Positions 49,660 to 62,300 of a stretch of DNA of 64,000 nucleotides are shown piece by piece. The stretch spans positions 62,001 to 126,000 of the forward strand of contig JYFJ02000011.1 of assembly GCA_000934665.2 (NCBI GenBank), read 5' to 3'. The notes beneath the pieces were generated by a model. The model did no database searches. It was not told the DNA's origin and was given only the letters and a program-made list of their open reading frames with translations. Position 1 is the first letter of the stretch, and each line of letters opens with the position of its first letter. The translations under genes and the position numbers were made by a program. The DNA comes from Catajapyx aquilonaris (taxonomy: Eukaryota).

Positions 49660-52600
49660 ATGGTAAGTGCAGCGTCTCCTGTCCCCGACCCTCTTCCCAT
49701 TCCATTTCCACTGTACAAACCTCGTATTAACAAAGAGCACCGGACATTGTTGAACAGTAAGGGACCGCACTAGGTACGGACGGTCTGGGAAGGCGGGATG
49801 AGGGAGGTTTTTCCCTTGGAATGTTCCACGCCACGTGGCGACTAGGCCTGGCTCATGGAATGGGTTTAGATCGGTAGGGATTGATTCGAATTAATGTTCA
49901 GGCTGGTTAGGATGTGCGGATCGGACATGCAGCGAGGTATACGATCGGATTTTGGTGTGGGTGGGACCGACGCCGGGTTAGGACCGGTGTGGTGGCCTGT
50001 ACTGTACTACAGAAACAGGGCAGTGGCCATGATCTCTTATGGTAAAAGGCAAAGTTTGGCCATTTCGTGCTCATTTTATGCTCATTTCATACCCATTTGG
50101 TAACGGGCAATGCTTGTAAAAGTCGGTTAGATTTGCTGTTATGTGCTGGATGTAAGTGCGTGGTTTGCACAATTTTTAGTGGTTTAGTCGACGCTGGTTC
50201 CTGCTGGGCCTTATCGAGGTGCCCGGTGGGTTCCGTAACGGTGCCGGAGCTGCTGGTTCGATGCAGTTTGTTCCTTGCCGTAGTGTCGTATAGTACGCCG
50301 GTTTCCGGCGCTTTGCCCAAGCCGTATCTTCCCTGAGGCACTAGCGGCCTGTGAAAGGGAGGGGAAGACACGCAAAGCACAGTCCTTTCTTTTTCTGTTC
50401 ATTTTGGTACGACAACATGCCGAGTACTAAATCCTTGTCTTCTTTCGGCAGTCTCATCGTAAGTTTAGTGCGCCTCGTCATGGATCCATGGGATTCTACC
50501 CCAAGAAGAGGTCCAGGAGGCATCGTGGTAAGGTCAAGGCCTTCCCTAAGGACTTGGCCACCAAGCCAGTCCATCTCACCGCATTCATGGGCTACAAGGC
50601 TGGCATGACCCACATCGTGCGAGAGGTTGACCGTCCTGGCTCAAGTGAGTACATCACCGTTTTTATATTGTGTTGGATGCTGATTCCCACCGGGCTTTAT
50701 CGAGGTCCTGGTAGGGTTTCGTAGCGGTGCCGGAGCTGTCTTGTTCAGTGCAGTTTGTTCCATGCCGCAGCGTCCTAGAGAAAGCCGCAAGGCACTTTGC
50801 CCAAGCCGTATCTTCTCTGAGGCACTAGTGGCCTGTGAAAGGGAGGGGAAGACACGCAAAGTACATTCAAATTTTAATCACCTTGTTGCATTGCTAGCAG
50901 ACTCTCGATTACATAAACTTGGCATAAAAAGCTATCCTACAGGTGTTAATAATAATTATGATCAATTACAGAGGTGAACAAGAAGGAAGTGGTTGAGGCC
51001 GTGACCATCGTCGAGACTCCACCAATGATCGTCGTGGGCGTTGTTGGTTACATCGCCACCCCCAAGGGCCTCAAGGCGCTCAAGACCGTCTGGGCTGAGC
51101 ACTTGAGCGAGGATTGCCGTCGTCGCTTCTACAAGAACTGGTACGCATCCAGTTATTTTACTTACCCTCCACTATGGTCGGTCAGTGATGAGTCCCGTCT
51201 GCCGGGAAAATGGCGAGTTTTCCGATGAAGCTTGACTTTATAGAACTAGGGCGATCTGAGACCGGTACCAAGTGGCTGACCCCTGTCCGTGCCTAACAAG
51301 CTCCTCAACCTTGTTCCCTGAATAGCCTTGCTCTCCTCTCAAGATTCTTGATGAGGGCTAGCTGAACTCAACATCGCCTCTCTCTAACCACACGATGTTG
51401 AGTTTGTCGTCAATTCAGCAACATGCTGAATGGGAGATGTCCATCTCCTCTCAGGCAATCTGATGAGGTGGCCTCCGCAATTATGATCCTACCCTACATT
51501 CCCCACCCACACGATTATCTCGGAACAGGTACAAGAGCAAGAAGAAGGCTTTCACCAAGGCTTCCAAGAAGTGGCAGGATGATGTGGGACGCAAGGAGAT
51601 CGAGCGCGACTTCCGCACCATGAAGCGCTACTGCAGGGTCATCCGTGTTGTTGCTCACACGCAGGTATGTGCTCCTTTACTCCGGGAATTTATGGGCAGT
51701 CCGTGATGATCCATGTCGAAAGGGCTGAGTTATGAGGCTTCGGCCATTGAGATCAAGCACGACTGGCGATCTGAGACTAATTCAGTAATTGCTGATTTAA
51801 TTGTTACTGAATGTTCACCTAGTTGAGTAAACAAACAATACTGTGGCTTGATTATTAGGCAGCGACACCAGCTACAATGTGTTTAATGTATTTTTCCAGA
51901 TGCGGGCACTCCACAAGCGCCAGAAGAAGGCTCACATCATGGAGATCCAGGTGAACGGCGGAACCGTGTCCCAGAAGGTGGACTGGGCCAGGTCCCACAT
52001 GGAGAAGTCCATCCCCATCAACCAGGTGTTTGGACAGGATGAGATGATTGACGTAGTTGGCGTCACCAAGGGAAAGGGATTCAAAGGTTAGTAGCTGCTT
52101 GCAAATTTTGAATTTCCAAGTGGTGGAAGTGATGATTGCAACGTGATGTTAGTTCTGATCTAATTGATGAGAACCTGTTTGCTGCTGCCTTCCTTCTGAT
52201 CCACCCTGCCGTCTTGCATTTTGTTAGAAAAATATTGTTACATTAATTTTGAAAATGACGTATCGCTGCTTGTTACTAAATCTGATTGTTTCCAACAGGT
52301 GTGACCTCCAGGTGGCACACGAAGAAGCTGCCTCGTAAGACTCACAAGGGTCTGCGTAAGGTTGCTTGCATCGGAGCCTGGCATCCAAGTCGGGTACAGT
52401 TCACCGTGGCCCGAGCTGGTCAGAAGGGTTACCATCATCGTACCGAGTTGAACAAGAAGATCTACCGCATTGGGCATGGGATCCACATGAAGGATGGAAA
52501 GGTTGGTTGCGTTCCAGCTGTGCACGGGAGTAGAGCCTTGGAAAAAAGCTGTGTCTTGTGCATCTGAGCACACTGCTATGTGTCTAGGCTGATAATGATA

Positions 52601-53094
52601 GTGCCTCGTCCGAGGTTTAGCAGCATGCCGAGCTGCTGGGCTACCATAATCAAGGCATACACCAATATGTTTGAAGTGGTTTTGGTGTGTTAACATTATG
52701 ACCCACTTGATGCTGCTGAAACTTTAAAGGTCTTGTAGGACTGTGACTCATCTGTGTCAATTTGAATTTTCAGATGGTGAAGAACAACGCTGCAACAGAG
52801 TATGACCTGACAGAGAAGACAATCACTCCGATGGGTGGGTTCCCCCATTACGGCGAGGTCAACAATGACTACATCATGCTGAAGGGGTCGTGCATGGGTC
52901 CCCGCAAGAGGGTCATCACCCTCCGCAAGTCTCTGCTGACTCACACGAAGCGTGTTGCTCTGGAGAAGATCTCCCTGAAGTTCATCGACACCTCTTCCAA
53001 GTTTGGCCACGGGCGCTTCCAGACCCCGGCTGATAAGCTTGCCTTCATGGGTCCTCTCAAGAAGGACAGGCTGAAGGAGGAGGGTGCTGTCTAA
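49660..53094 (+). CDS. RpL3: 60S ribosomal protein L3 (uL3)
   Basis: Exons 49660-49662 (ATG), 50452-50644, 50972-51140, 51529-51664, 51900-52086, 52299-52501, 52774-53094 give [13 protein letters not shown]...[14 protein letters not shown]...[12 protein letters not shown]...FMGPLKKD. A pyrimidine tract at ~49587-49615 is TOP-like. AATAAA at ~53125. Confidence 0.98.
50189..50384 (+). ncRNA. ~195-nt box H/ACA RNA candidate, copy A (RpL3 intron 1)
   Basis: Closing stem cgacgctg/tagtgtcg, H box ATAGTA, 3' hairpin ctttgc/gcaaag followed by ACA. Paralogous to 50675-50868. Confidence 0.7.
50675..50868 (+). ncRNA. ~195-nt box H/ACA RNA candidate, copy B (RpL3 intron 2)
   Basis: Closing stem ggatgctg/cagcgtcc, H box AGAGAA, 3' hairpin actttgc/gcaaagt followed by ACA. 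Shows compensatory changes relative to copy A. Confidence 0.7.
51180..51263 (+). ncRNA. Box C/D snoRNA candidate (RpL3 intron 3)
   Basis: Terminal stem ggtc/gacc, C box GTGATGA, D box CTGA. The guide AGAACTAGGGCG is complementary to the 18S segment CGCCCUAGUUCU as I recall it for arthropods. Confidence 0.75.
51698..51778 (+). ncRNA. Box C/D snoRNA candidate (RpL3 intron 4), target unassigned
   Basis: Terminal stem agtc/gact, C box GTGATGA at 51703, internal CTGA, D box CTGA at 51771. Confidence 0.72.
52122..52205 (+). ncRNA. Box C/D snoRNA, SNORD83A/snR52-like (18S Am468 human / Am420 yeast guide)
   Basis: Terminal stem ggtgga/tccacc; C box GTGATGA, D' CTGA, C' TTGATGA, D CTGA. The 14-nt guide CTGCTGCCTTCCTT complements the conserved 18S sequence AAGGAAGGCAGCAG. 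Confidence 0.85.
52513..52664 (+). ncRNA. Possible structured H/ACA-like RNA (RpL3 intron 6)
   Basis: A hairpin tgcacggga/tcttgtgca, then a branched hairpin (tgataatgatag/ctaccataatca enclosing cctcg/cgagg and cagcagc-type stems) ending at ACA 52659-52661. No clean ANANNA H box. Confidence 0.4.
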
Positions 53095-56000
53095 ATTGAT
53101 TGAATAGCGCGATTTATGCTGCATAATAAATTGTGGCAATCCCTGAGAAACACGTGATCTTGAGAATTATTTTTTGCATTGCAGGTGTTTTTTTCACTCG
53201 GGTTAACGCCAAGCTGATGGATGTGGGGAAATGGGAGAATGTATTTTTCTGGGGGAAAAATTCTCACGGCGCGGCACAAGAGAAACTTTTTATCAAGCAC
53301 ATTCTTGCCTTGCTTTGTATTGCAAGGATGCAATGATTTAATGTTTTTCTGCTAACGTTCATGTTAAATTTGGCAGTATTTTATCATGGTCATATGCCAG
53401 TAAGATATCCTGTGAGGTAGATGACAGGTCTTGTTGCCCCAAGAGAAAGTGCATGTGTGGCAGGATGGGAAATACGTGAAGTAAAATTACTACATTATCA
53501 TGGGACAGACGGCGTGACCATAGGAGACCTTCACTTATCCCCTCCCTATCTGTGATTATCCTAATCCCAGTCAGTGTTTGCTACCATCTTACCTCGTAAA
53601 GTGGCATGCTGGTATAAAACAATGTCGACCAGCATGCCAGTATAACCGAGGTAAATCACTTGGCAGTTAAGCATACAACGGACTTGTAAAAAGGCGGACT
53701 TGGCACCTTATACCGTACCGTACGACAGACTTGAATGATTTGCACCTTGGATATATTTCCATCATTTTTATCCTTCTCGTTTTTTTTCTTTTTGAATACT
53801 AGAAGACTACTAAAATAATGTTACGTGAAATATGAGCTAGTGTAGAGTACAGGGCTGTGAGAATATGCAAGTTACTTAGCGCGTAGAGTGTGGGGAATCC
53901 CATCGGCAGCTTGCTGTGAGAGGGGAACCCCCTACACCCAACACACTGGATCAAGGCAAACAACTTGTTCACTTTTCTCAAATGCTTGCTGGTTGCAGGT
54001 CTCTCTGGTTCTACACTTCAGACAAGTGGTAAATCACTTGTCAAGTCTGTTGTACGGCCAAGTCCGGGTTTTTACAAGTTCGTTGTATGCTCAACTGCCG
54101 AGCGATTTACCCCTTGACGTAAGCAAACGGTTAGGCAGTTAGTAATGTCTGTAAACAAAGGGTTCATGTCAAAAAATTGTCTTTTCCAAAAAATGGGTGG
54201 TGGAGGATAGTGAAAGTAAAGATTAAGTTGTCAAATGCTCACTGTACTCTCCAGTGCATTGTAAATACAGATTATTGCCAGACACTGCAATTTAAAACAA
54301 TATACGGAACCGGTACTTTATGTGCCTTTTCGATAGCCTGTACATGAGTTTACGCGGATTTAGATTTTCAGGAAAATATCCGGTTCGGAAAGGACAATGT
54401 AAGTGAAAACCTCGCCTCACATTGGCATGCCATTATAGCCACCAAATCATGGATTTCTAAAAACTGGTCAACTTCGACTAACCGGCATGCTGCTTTATGA
54501 GGTAATACAGTAACATTATGCTGAGATTTCAAACCTGATTGGTATTTGGTGAGGATCTGAGCAGCACACCTCCCTATGTACAGTAGAGCACCTAAGCACG
54601 TCAAGCATATTGCACTGTCATTGTTGAGGCTGGAAAATATTCCCATTGAACTTAGACACGTGTCTAATGAAATGATTAATTACTGCCCGATCACTGACAC
54701 TTGAGATAAACCAATTCACAATACGTAATGCATGCCCTTTGCTTCACTTATTGTTGTGTGCTCCCTGATCGGCTTAGCTTATAGTTACAGGCTCTTGGAA
54801 ATAATCGCAACATGTTGATCTGATCTCTACCATTTTTTTCCCACGCACAAAAAAGAAATTCCATCATTACATACAGTTGTATTATTAAGTGACGTTGTAG
54901 CCATAGCATTACCACCTCTGAGGGTCATAGTTCGATCGCCAGATCAGATGACTTTTTCCTAATTCTGGAAAAGAGATGGATTTTCTCAGTGGGCCCATTC
55001 TGATCTGCATTTTTCGACTTTTTTTTCTGTTGTTTTGAAATAAACAGGCGTATCCGAACTGATTTTTTCTGCAGATTACGAAAATGACCTTGAAAAATCC
55101 GTAACACGTCAGGTTTTATCACATCTTTAAAATGTAAAAAAAAAAAAAAAAAAATTTTAATTGACACTTTCTGGATTAGCGTGCAGTTATAAATTTTTCG
55201 CTTGCTACTTCCGCATCAAGCTGACCTTTGACCCAACAACTCATGAACTCATTGTTCGCAAAAGCACTTACCATTTTTAGGTCTAAGGTACGTACATATA
55301 AAAAAGTATAACCCAAAGCATGACAGTGTTGGTGTGTTTTTCCCGTCTACCCAAAATTCCCCACCACTTCGAAAATGCTTCAGTTCCCGACAATCTTAAT
55401 CCGCAAAAGGGTTCGGAAGAGTCAGTTTTAAAAAAAAGGAGACACGTTGCCGTAATTGCAGATCTATGGACACTGTTGCAACATTGTTTACTGGGCAGCA
55501 CCCTTTTTTAAATATACATTTTCACATTTTCGGGATTTGTGAAAAAACCTGACGTGGTACTGATTTTTCAAGATGATTTTCGAGATCTGCAGAAAAAACC
55601 CGTTCAGATACATTATTTTCCATTTCAAAACAACCAAACCTTGCATATTAGTGTTAGGCCTATCAATAAAAATCCATCAAAAGCACCGGGTCAGTAGTGT
55701 CACATCAATTAAAAGACAATGTCCTTTTCTAACATTTGCTTCTTTATTCATGTAAATGGCACACGTGGGCCTGCCTGTGACGATTTCTGGCAAAATCTCG
55801 TTCAGTCCGGAATGGCATAGGGGGGAATTCTGGTCGTAGTAACATGACCTACCCTTTAGGAAGTTACAAGGGTCGAATAATGAACCCTCAACCTTGACAT
55901 TCTTGAAGGCAAAAATCCTTCAGAGACGCTGACAATCAATACCCGACCTTGACTGGAGCCCCGGTGGCCAGACGGTTTGCTCAACATTTGTAACCGGATT

Positions 56001-57269
56001 AGTACCTATTTGGGGAATTTTGACTTTGTCATATCATGAGTCACCAACCCCCCCAAAAATATTTGTTGCAAACTGACGCCAACAGGACTGTATTTGCTGA
56101 CGCTCTTCAGAAGGACGCTATCTTCAGGACCTCACTCTTTGTCCTGGTGTGTGGTGAAGATGGGTCACAAGCAGCAGGGTCAAACCGTACTGGAATGGGT
56201 GAGTTGATTGAACGCAATTGCGACAAAAAGCGTGTGGCATAAGCTGAACAATAGAATTCCTTGCTCCTTGATAGGATTGATGTGTGCTTTGCAATTCATT
56301 TCTCTGTACGTTATCAGTACGAGGAATAACTGGCCAAGGAAAAGGTGTCACATTTAACGTCCTGTTTACAAGCTAATGGGCTAGTCATTAGGGAAGTGAT
56401 AGGTTGGCCAACTTTGCTTCTTGAGCAATACAATAATGTACAATTGTTGTGTACGAGACATGTACGGTAATGTTGAAAATCAGCTCCGGACGTTGCAAAA
56501 AATTTTGCTGAATCCTTCGACTGCAGGTAGACGTATTTTAGCATTTTGTCTGCCACTGGATGAGTACTGAATATGGATGACACAATCGTACCATCTGCAA
56601 AATTTGCCTTGCATGAAATTCGCGCACCTTCTCCTATACTGACTGTAATTCCAACAGTGCTGTGGAAATACCAGTTTGACATGCACAAGTTTCTGCTCAC
56701 TATCTCTCCGTATTATCAAGCAGTCAAGACAATCAGTTTGAGTGTTGTGAGCGAGTGTGTGTGCATTTTCATTCGGTAACTGGAATCTACAAAAGCATCA
56801 CGTGCAGATTCTCAGGTGAGCCTATTTCTTTTTTGCACAGGACACGACCTTGCATTTTTTTTTCCTCAAATACGTCAGCTTGCAACCTACTTGCAGCCTA
56901 TTTATTTCCTCGTTCCTTTCGGTGAAAAGCGTTCATTGCGGTTTGTGAAACGTGCGTGATTGGTTGGGTTTACGGGATATGCGTACGCGGGGTTTTTTTC
57001 AGAGTGGGACATATCAGGTGTGTATACTACTGTACGATCGAGAGCGCTTAGTTTCGAAACGTGGTGTGGCGGCACAGCAGTTGGTATAATAGCAGTTATT
57101 GATAAGGTAATCGGGAGATATTGGTGCGATTGAGACTGATAACCGGTTAGATCAGGTATGTGGTAAACTTTGCCGTAATTTTTCTCGCAGTTTTCGAGCT
57201 GATTTTGAAGTGCATGTCAATCCAGACAAATTTCACAATGCCAGTATTAATCTTATATCAAATTTAATG

Positions 57270-57877
57270 TATAGTAGGAATCAGATCATAATAAACATTT
57301 GAAAAAGTGGAAGGGTTGTAAATTGCAACAGTGCAAGGTTTAAGACCGGACGGGAAAGAGGAGGGTCACTCTCAGATTAGGACGACCCTCGCCTCGGGCT
57401 TGTACCAGCTGAGGAAGTGAGACTCCGAAAATAAGCTGATGAATTTTTTATGGGTGACTCTTTTTGCATTTTTGACAGCAAATATGAATTCTAAGGTGTC
57501 GAACACCTACATTTTCATACTTGATTCGTATCAGGCATGTCACAAATAGGCCACGTGCATGTAAAGAAATACTTGATGTGCAGATGGCACGTGGCCTATT
57601 TGTGACATGCCTGATACGAATCAAGTATATGAAAATATAGGTTTTCGACACCTTAGAATTCATATTTGCTGTCAAAAATGCAAAAAGAGTCACCCATAAA
57701 AAATTCATCAGCTTATTTTCGGAGTCTCACTTCCTCAGCTGGTACAAGCCCGAGGCGAGGGTCGTCCTAATCTGAGAGTGACCCTCCTCTTTCCCGTCCG
57801 GTCTTAAACCTTGCACTGTTGCAATTTACAACCCTTCCACTTTTTCAAATGTTTATTATGATCTGATTCCTACTATA
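57270..57877. repeat. Near-perfect ~600-bp foldback (two ~289-bp arms, ~28-nt loop)
   Basis: 57270-57558 is the reverse complement of 57587-57877, apart from the two substitutions and one 2-bp indel I could see. Confidence 0.95.
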
Positions 57878-59363
57878 TACACGTCTACACTCTGCATAAA
57901 TAGTTAGAGCATTGTTGCGGCTCCCAATCGGCAATTTATACGTTTCCCCCCATATTTGCACGTGTCGCTTTTATACAGTCGTGACTCGTGAGTGATATTA
58001 TACAGCAAAATATTTACTGACACATGCGCTTAATGTGAAATAATATTATATAGGCCAAGTAATAGGCATATTATTTTTGGTGTCACAGGTTTGTTCAGTG
58101 GCTAAGTAAATCTGACGAAATCCTCATGCTTGCCAAGCTGCGAAATTATTGTCCATTTAATTTGCTGTTTAATGGTGAAGGAAGATTAAGACGTATAACT
58201 AGAAAATAATATACAGTGCGTGTATTTCGCTAATTTTAAAGTACACTACTACAATTTGGGAAATCTCAGGTGCGAATGTTCGTCGTCCTTTATGACATTG
58301 AAATATTCTTGGGAATAAGTTGGGATGGATGTGTTTCCCTGCGCATAATATTTTATCGCTTATTTGATTGACGAACTATCCGTTCTGTTGTGTGCCAGTC
58401 ACCAGTTTGCGATAATGCATTCCTTCCCTGACCTATCCACATATTCACTTCTGTTCACGTCTATTTGCGCGCGCCCCTGAATATGAACAAATCCGTCCTG
58501 TCATTACACACACGGAATAACTTCCGCACCATGTATTCAGGTTTTTTTAAAATTCTTTTTATTATTTCTTTTTGCTCGCTCTAACTTGTTTGTTATCGCA
58601 TACTTTTTGGAAATATTTTATTGCTCATATAAAGAAAGCAGTTCATTTTGCACTAATATTCACCAGTTATGTACTGTGTGTGTTTTTAATGAGTTCATTG
58701 CGTGTATATTGTAACTTAGGTGTCACGTGCCCATCACAATATATTTATGATCTCGCCAAGTTAATTTAAATAATTGCCTGAAGCACGTGTTATTCAAATG
58801 ACCTCTGAGAGATCATAGAAAATTGTGGATCATGCTGTAGTGGAGAAAACATAGATGTTATCTGATGCTTTATGTTATAGATTGGGTTGAGCGTAGTATT
58901 AAGAACGTATAATTAGGTCCTGGACACCTGGAGGCGTAGATAATGAAGGATGCCAGTAGTTGACCCAGGCGGAATAGTGTTAGTAAAACCAGGTATATCA
59001 ATATACGAGCAACTTTCCTTGTGATACAGAATATATGTGTTTGATGATTCAGATTATCCAGTGGATTATATTATTGGCACAGTGCACTTTCTAAATAATT
59101 GTAGCGGTTTCCTTTTGTGATAATAAGTATCGCATTTGGTTTGGGCAGCTTACTGCAATGACATGATTAGATCAGTTTTGCTTCTAGGTATGAGTTTAGT
59201 AAGGAGAGAAATGCAATATGCATTCAATAATATGAATTAGTAATAGAAGCATAACCGTTTGAATGGATTAGTCTGGAAAATGTTACTATTTCATCCAATC
59301 AAAATGTTTAGAATAATGAGTATCTGCATTTTCATAATGATAAATGTTTTTCAGATATCCAAG

Positions 59364-62300
59364 ATGTGGAAGAAAGGGGTGGACAACCCGACACTGGAAT
59401 GTGACCCGGATGACACCACTTCCAAAAACCATAAGTCAGAAGCACTGGAGCTCAAGCCGTGTGAATCCAACGGTGCCCTTGAATCAAAAGCAGACACCCA
59501 AATAGCAGTGGAAGCAGAGGTAAATCTTCAACACATTTCATATAATATAGTCATAGAGACAGCCACATGATCATAGTCTCATGTATATTTTCGATTACAG
59601 GAGGCAGTGGAAGAGGATAATGGAGATCAGCAAGGGAATGCGTTGGGGAGGGTTGTAGAGACAATCAGATCAGGGATAATCCAATGGGTTGTGAAGCATC
59701 AGAAGACAGTGGCCATCTTCATCCGGATTCTGGCAGTCCTCTTGTTCTTCGGGTATTTCGGTGCAGCCGTGTGGTATTCGACCACAAAGGATGGTACTGG
59801 GTTGGATTGGGAGAACGGAGTTGGAATGCTGATTATTCTCACTTCAATTGGGTGCCTTGGAGTTTTGTACTTCGTCGTCCTGAAGGGCATGTTTGGAAAG
59901 CCAATTCGCAAGCACTTTCTGAAGCCTTACATTGGACGACCTGTCGATAAGCTGATGAGCATCAGGATAAAAGAAGCAGAGTGAGTACTTGCATCTTGCT
60001 TGACTGTTGCTTCGTGTGTTCAGATGGGGAATTGCATTTTTTGTAATGAAAATGTGAAGTGCTATGAAACACTTAAGAGGGACGGGATATTTTTTCCTGG
60101 AGTATAATCACAAAATCAGACGTAAAAAAATGCAATTATTTAAATCTTAATTTTCATAGCAGTGGCATATGCCTGATTTTTAAAAAAAGGAATGTTGTCC
60201 ATTAAAGCATTATTATTAAATGGGAAACCAAATTTATTAAATGTATGTTGTAATAAAAATATCTGCACCTTCCACTCTCTGCGTCCTTTTGAAATTAAGA
60301 GAAATTGCAAGTTGGCAGCATTAAGACTTCTGTATCTCAGCCACTTTTCTGCAATAATTGTAGTTTAAAACTATTTTGCTCACACTGCTATGCACCTTTT
60401 CCACCAAAAATTATTGTGCATAGAAAAAAATAATTTTCCAATTACATTTGATTTTTTAAGCATTCACTCAGTTCAGCCCCCGAAATATTGAATAATTCTT
60501 CTACCCGAAAAGATAAGCTGTCCTAGATTTTCAGCAGTTGACATGATTATTATCTGCATATTCAATGAAGAAATGAATCATAATGCAAATGCTAGAAACA
60601 TTGGTAGGACATGACTGTAGAATAATTTTATCCTACAAGCCCTCTCTTGATTTGCCATAATACAGCCACAACCCAATGCACATATTTCCAAAGTGTTTAC
60701 TTGTTATTGTCGTGGTGTGAAACCCTACATAATTATTAAATTAAATTACCATTTTGTACTTTCAGGCCTGTTCCATGGATATTGTTTGCAATAGTTCTGG
60801 CAGGATTTCTGGCATTCCTGATCTTGGATGCCGGAAAGGACACCTATCGACTGCGTTCCCTGATTGGGGTCGTGGTGTTTGTCCTAATGGGATTCATGTT
60901 CTCCACCCATCCAGGAAAAGTAAGAAAGTGTAAGTTGTGTTCTCACAGAGCTTATTAATAATTGTTGTCTGATTTCAGATCAGATGGAGACAAGTCCTGT
61001 GGGGACTGTCGTTGCAGTTTATTTTTGCCTTGTTGACTCTTCGTTGGGAGACAGGGAAACAGATCCTTAGTGCAGTTGGAAACAAAGTTACCACATTTTT
61101 TAACTTTACTGACAAGGGTACGCAGCTGGTGTATGGAGTCCTTGTCAATGACACATTCAACATTTTTGCATTCAGGGTAAGTGGCATGAAAGAGTCGCAT
61201 AAGACTGACTTTTGCGTTTGGGTTTGCCATTGCTTAGAACACCTTCAATTTTAACATATCTGCAACACTTTTTTTTCTAGTCGCTGCCCGTCATATTTTT
61301 TTTCAGCTTTTGCATTCAAATTTTGTACTACTATGGGACAATGCAATGGGTGATCAAAAAAATCAGCTGGCTTCTGCAGATCACCATGCAAACAACGGCC
61401 TGTGAATCAATGAATGCAGCTGCCAACATATTCATCGGTCAGGTAAGTTATACAAAGGGACATTACTCGAAATGATGGCAGTGGACAGTACTTACATTGC
61501 GCACTGTACTAATGGATGGCTCTTTCCACAGACTGAAGCTCCTATCCTGATAAAACCGTACCTGGCACTGATGACCAAGTCTGAAATTCATGCCGTCATG
61601 ACAGGCGGGTTTGCAACAATAGCTGGTATGTAGAGTCATATTTAGTGGAACTTAATAATTCATTACAGAATGTCTTAATATGTATACTGTGGTTGTACAA
61701 TACTTTTTTAGTAAATACTGAATGCTTTTCCATGTTGAAAGAGCAGAGGCATAATTTTATCAAGCGTAATGTTACTGATTTTACACACTACGTCATGTTT
61801 CAGGAACTGTAATGGCCTCGTATATAAACTTTGGCATAGATGCCTCCCATCTTCTGACTGCTTCGATCATGGGTGCACCTGCAGCATTGGCCATGTCGAA
61901 ACTTTGGTTCCCAGAGACAGAGAAATCGAGAACAAGAATCCAAGACATTAAAATGACTCGAGGGTAAGTGTACAGCAAGATCACCTTATCATGTGCATGT
62001 AGGAGTGTGATGCACCAGTTAACATTTTGTTTTATTTGGACAGGTCGGAGGCAAACGTTTTGGACGCTGCAGCACAGGGAGCAAGCACTGCCATTATGCT
62101 CATACTTAACATCATTGCCAATATCATTGCTTTCCTGGCATTTATTGCCTTTATGAATTCTTTGGTTTCATGGCTTGGAGGCTTGGTGGGCGCCAGCTAC
62201 CTTTCATTTGAGGTACGGTCCTAATTTTATGCGCATTTTATTGCAGGATATGCTCAAAAAATTATGATAACTTATGATTCCAAATAATATTTTGCAGTGG

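Noticed and set aside
50189..50868. Assignment of the duplicated RNA as U17/SNORA73 or telomerase RNA
   Set aside because: The m1/m2 motifs are absent and no TTAGG-type template is seen.
51185..51480. Hammerhead ribozyme suggested by (C)TGATGAG motifs
   Set aside because: There is no correctly placed GAAA or three-stem core. The first motif is explained as a snoRNA C box.
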